DNA of 64,000 bases from Monocercomonoides exilis PA203 (taxonomy: Eukaryota > Protista > Preaxostyla), in NCBI GenBank assembly GCA_001643675.2, contig LSRY02000062.1:310001-374000 (forward strand). The letters run 5' to 3'. Under the pieces are notes generated by a model. The model saw nothing but the letters and a program-made list of their open reading frames with translations. It did not search any database and had not been told where the DNA came from. Numbering within the stretch: position 1 is the first letter of the stretch; the number at the start of each line of letters is the position of its first letter. Below are positions 63,403 to 64,000 of the stretch, piece after piece. The position numbers and the translations under genes are program-made.

Positions 63403-64000
63403 ATGTCGAAAATGACACTCGAACCTCTGAACAATTATTTGTGGATTTCTTATGTCAAAGTCGAAAAAGATGGAACTCCAAAAAAGGATTGGCATCGATA
63501 TTTCTTATGTCCAAATTGCAAAGACGGTGTTTCGTGCGGAGCCACGGGGAGAAAAAATTACGTAACAATAGCAAACCACAAGTGTGATTTGTTGAAAACG
63601 CAACATATTTCAACATTACTGAAACAATTTCATCATCATGGCAAACGACTTTTTCTGGAAGCATCAGCTTTTCCCAAATTATCTTTGCTGAATCAAGATC
63701 TGGAAAAACAGTTTGTTGCAATGGTCAGTAAATGTAACATTTCTTTCATGGCAGCTTCGTCGAAAGAAATGAACTCATTTATTGAGTCATTAATACGATA
63801 TGGACAAGAGAATCCAAATGTTTCACCGAAAAATATTTTCCCATATTTGACAAGAAGGAAAATATCCCAGATGATTATCAAAGAGAAAATCATATCAGAA
63901 AAGGTCAAACGAAAAAGGATTGCAAACACAAGTCTCAGTGTAATGATTGATGGAGCTTTGGTTGGTAACAAGCACTACACTGTTGTCACAGTTGTCCCAA
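63403..64000 (+). mobile_element. Start of a hAT-like transposase ORF (runs off the window)
   Basis: Open frame from ATG 63403: CPNCK...NHKC Zn-finger-like motif, FVAMVSKCNISFMAASSKEMNSFIESL, then SLSVMIDGALVGNKHYTVVTV (first catalytic Asp context typical of hAT). Confidence 0.5.

Noticed and set aside
1-64000. CRISPR arrays, rRNA, retroelement RT/LTRs, Fanzor/TnpB or virus-like (Polinton) genes
   Set aside because: No repeat-spacer arrays, rRNA signatures, RT, RuvC or capsid/PolB motifs were recognisable.

Overview
Eukaryotic, AT-rich, intron-rich protist DNA. Every intron I traced is GT-AG (donors mostly GTTTG/GTATG/GTGTG), the genetic code is standard, and flagellar genes are present. Gene style (Ser-rich low-complexity inserts, GC-richer long 3' exons) suggests an oxymonad such as Monocercomonoides, which is an inference. 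There are three zones. (1) 1-23.6 kb, a compact host-gene block: TTC25/ODAD4, PP2A catalytic subunit with a replaced C-terminus, SMC6, a prominin/tweety-topology 5-TM protein, a kelch-PSI surface protein, importin-alpha with a Phe/Ser-rich tail, PRL phosphatase, a bacterial-like C69 dipeptidase, and a tRNA-Phe with an initiator-type T-loop. (2) 23.6-52.3 kb, an island of about 29 kb without an intact host gene: 3 Merlin, 3 PIF/Harbinger-superfamily (DDE_Tnp_4) and 3 pogo-like transposase loci, several MITEs, a 1.9 kb fold-back element with apparently perfect 707 bp arms, and a frameshifted host-like gene fragment. (3) 52.6-64 kb, host genes: CFAP410, CDK1/2, a 2-TM protein, a THEM6-like thioesterase, DCP2, then the start of a hAT-like transposase. 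All calls come from reading and hand-translating the sequence; no searches were run.
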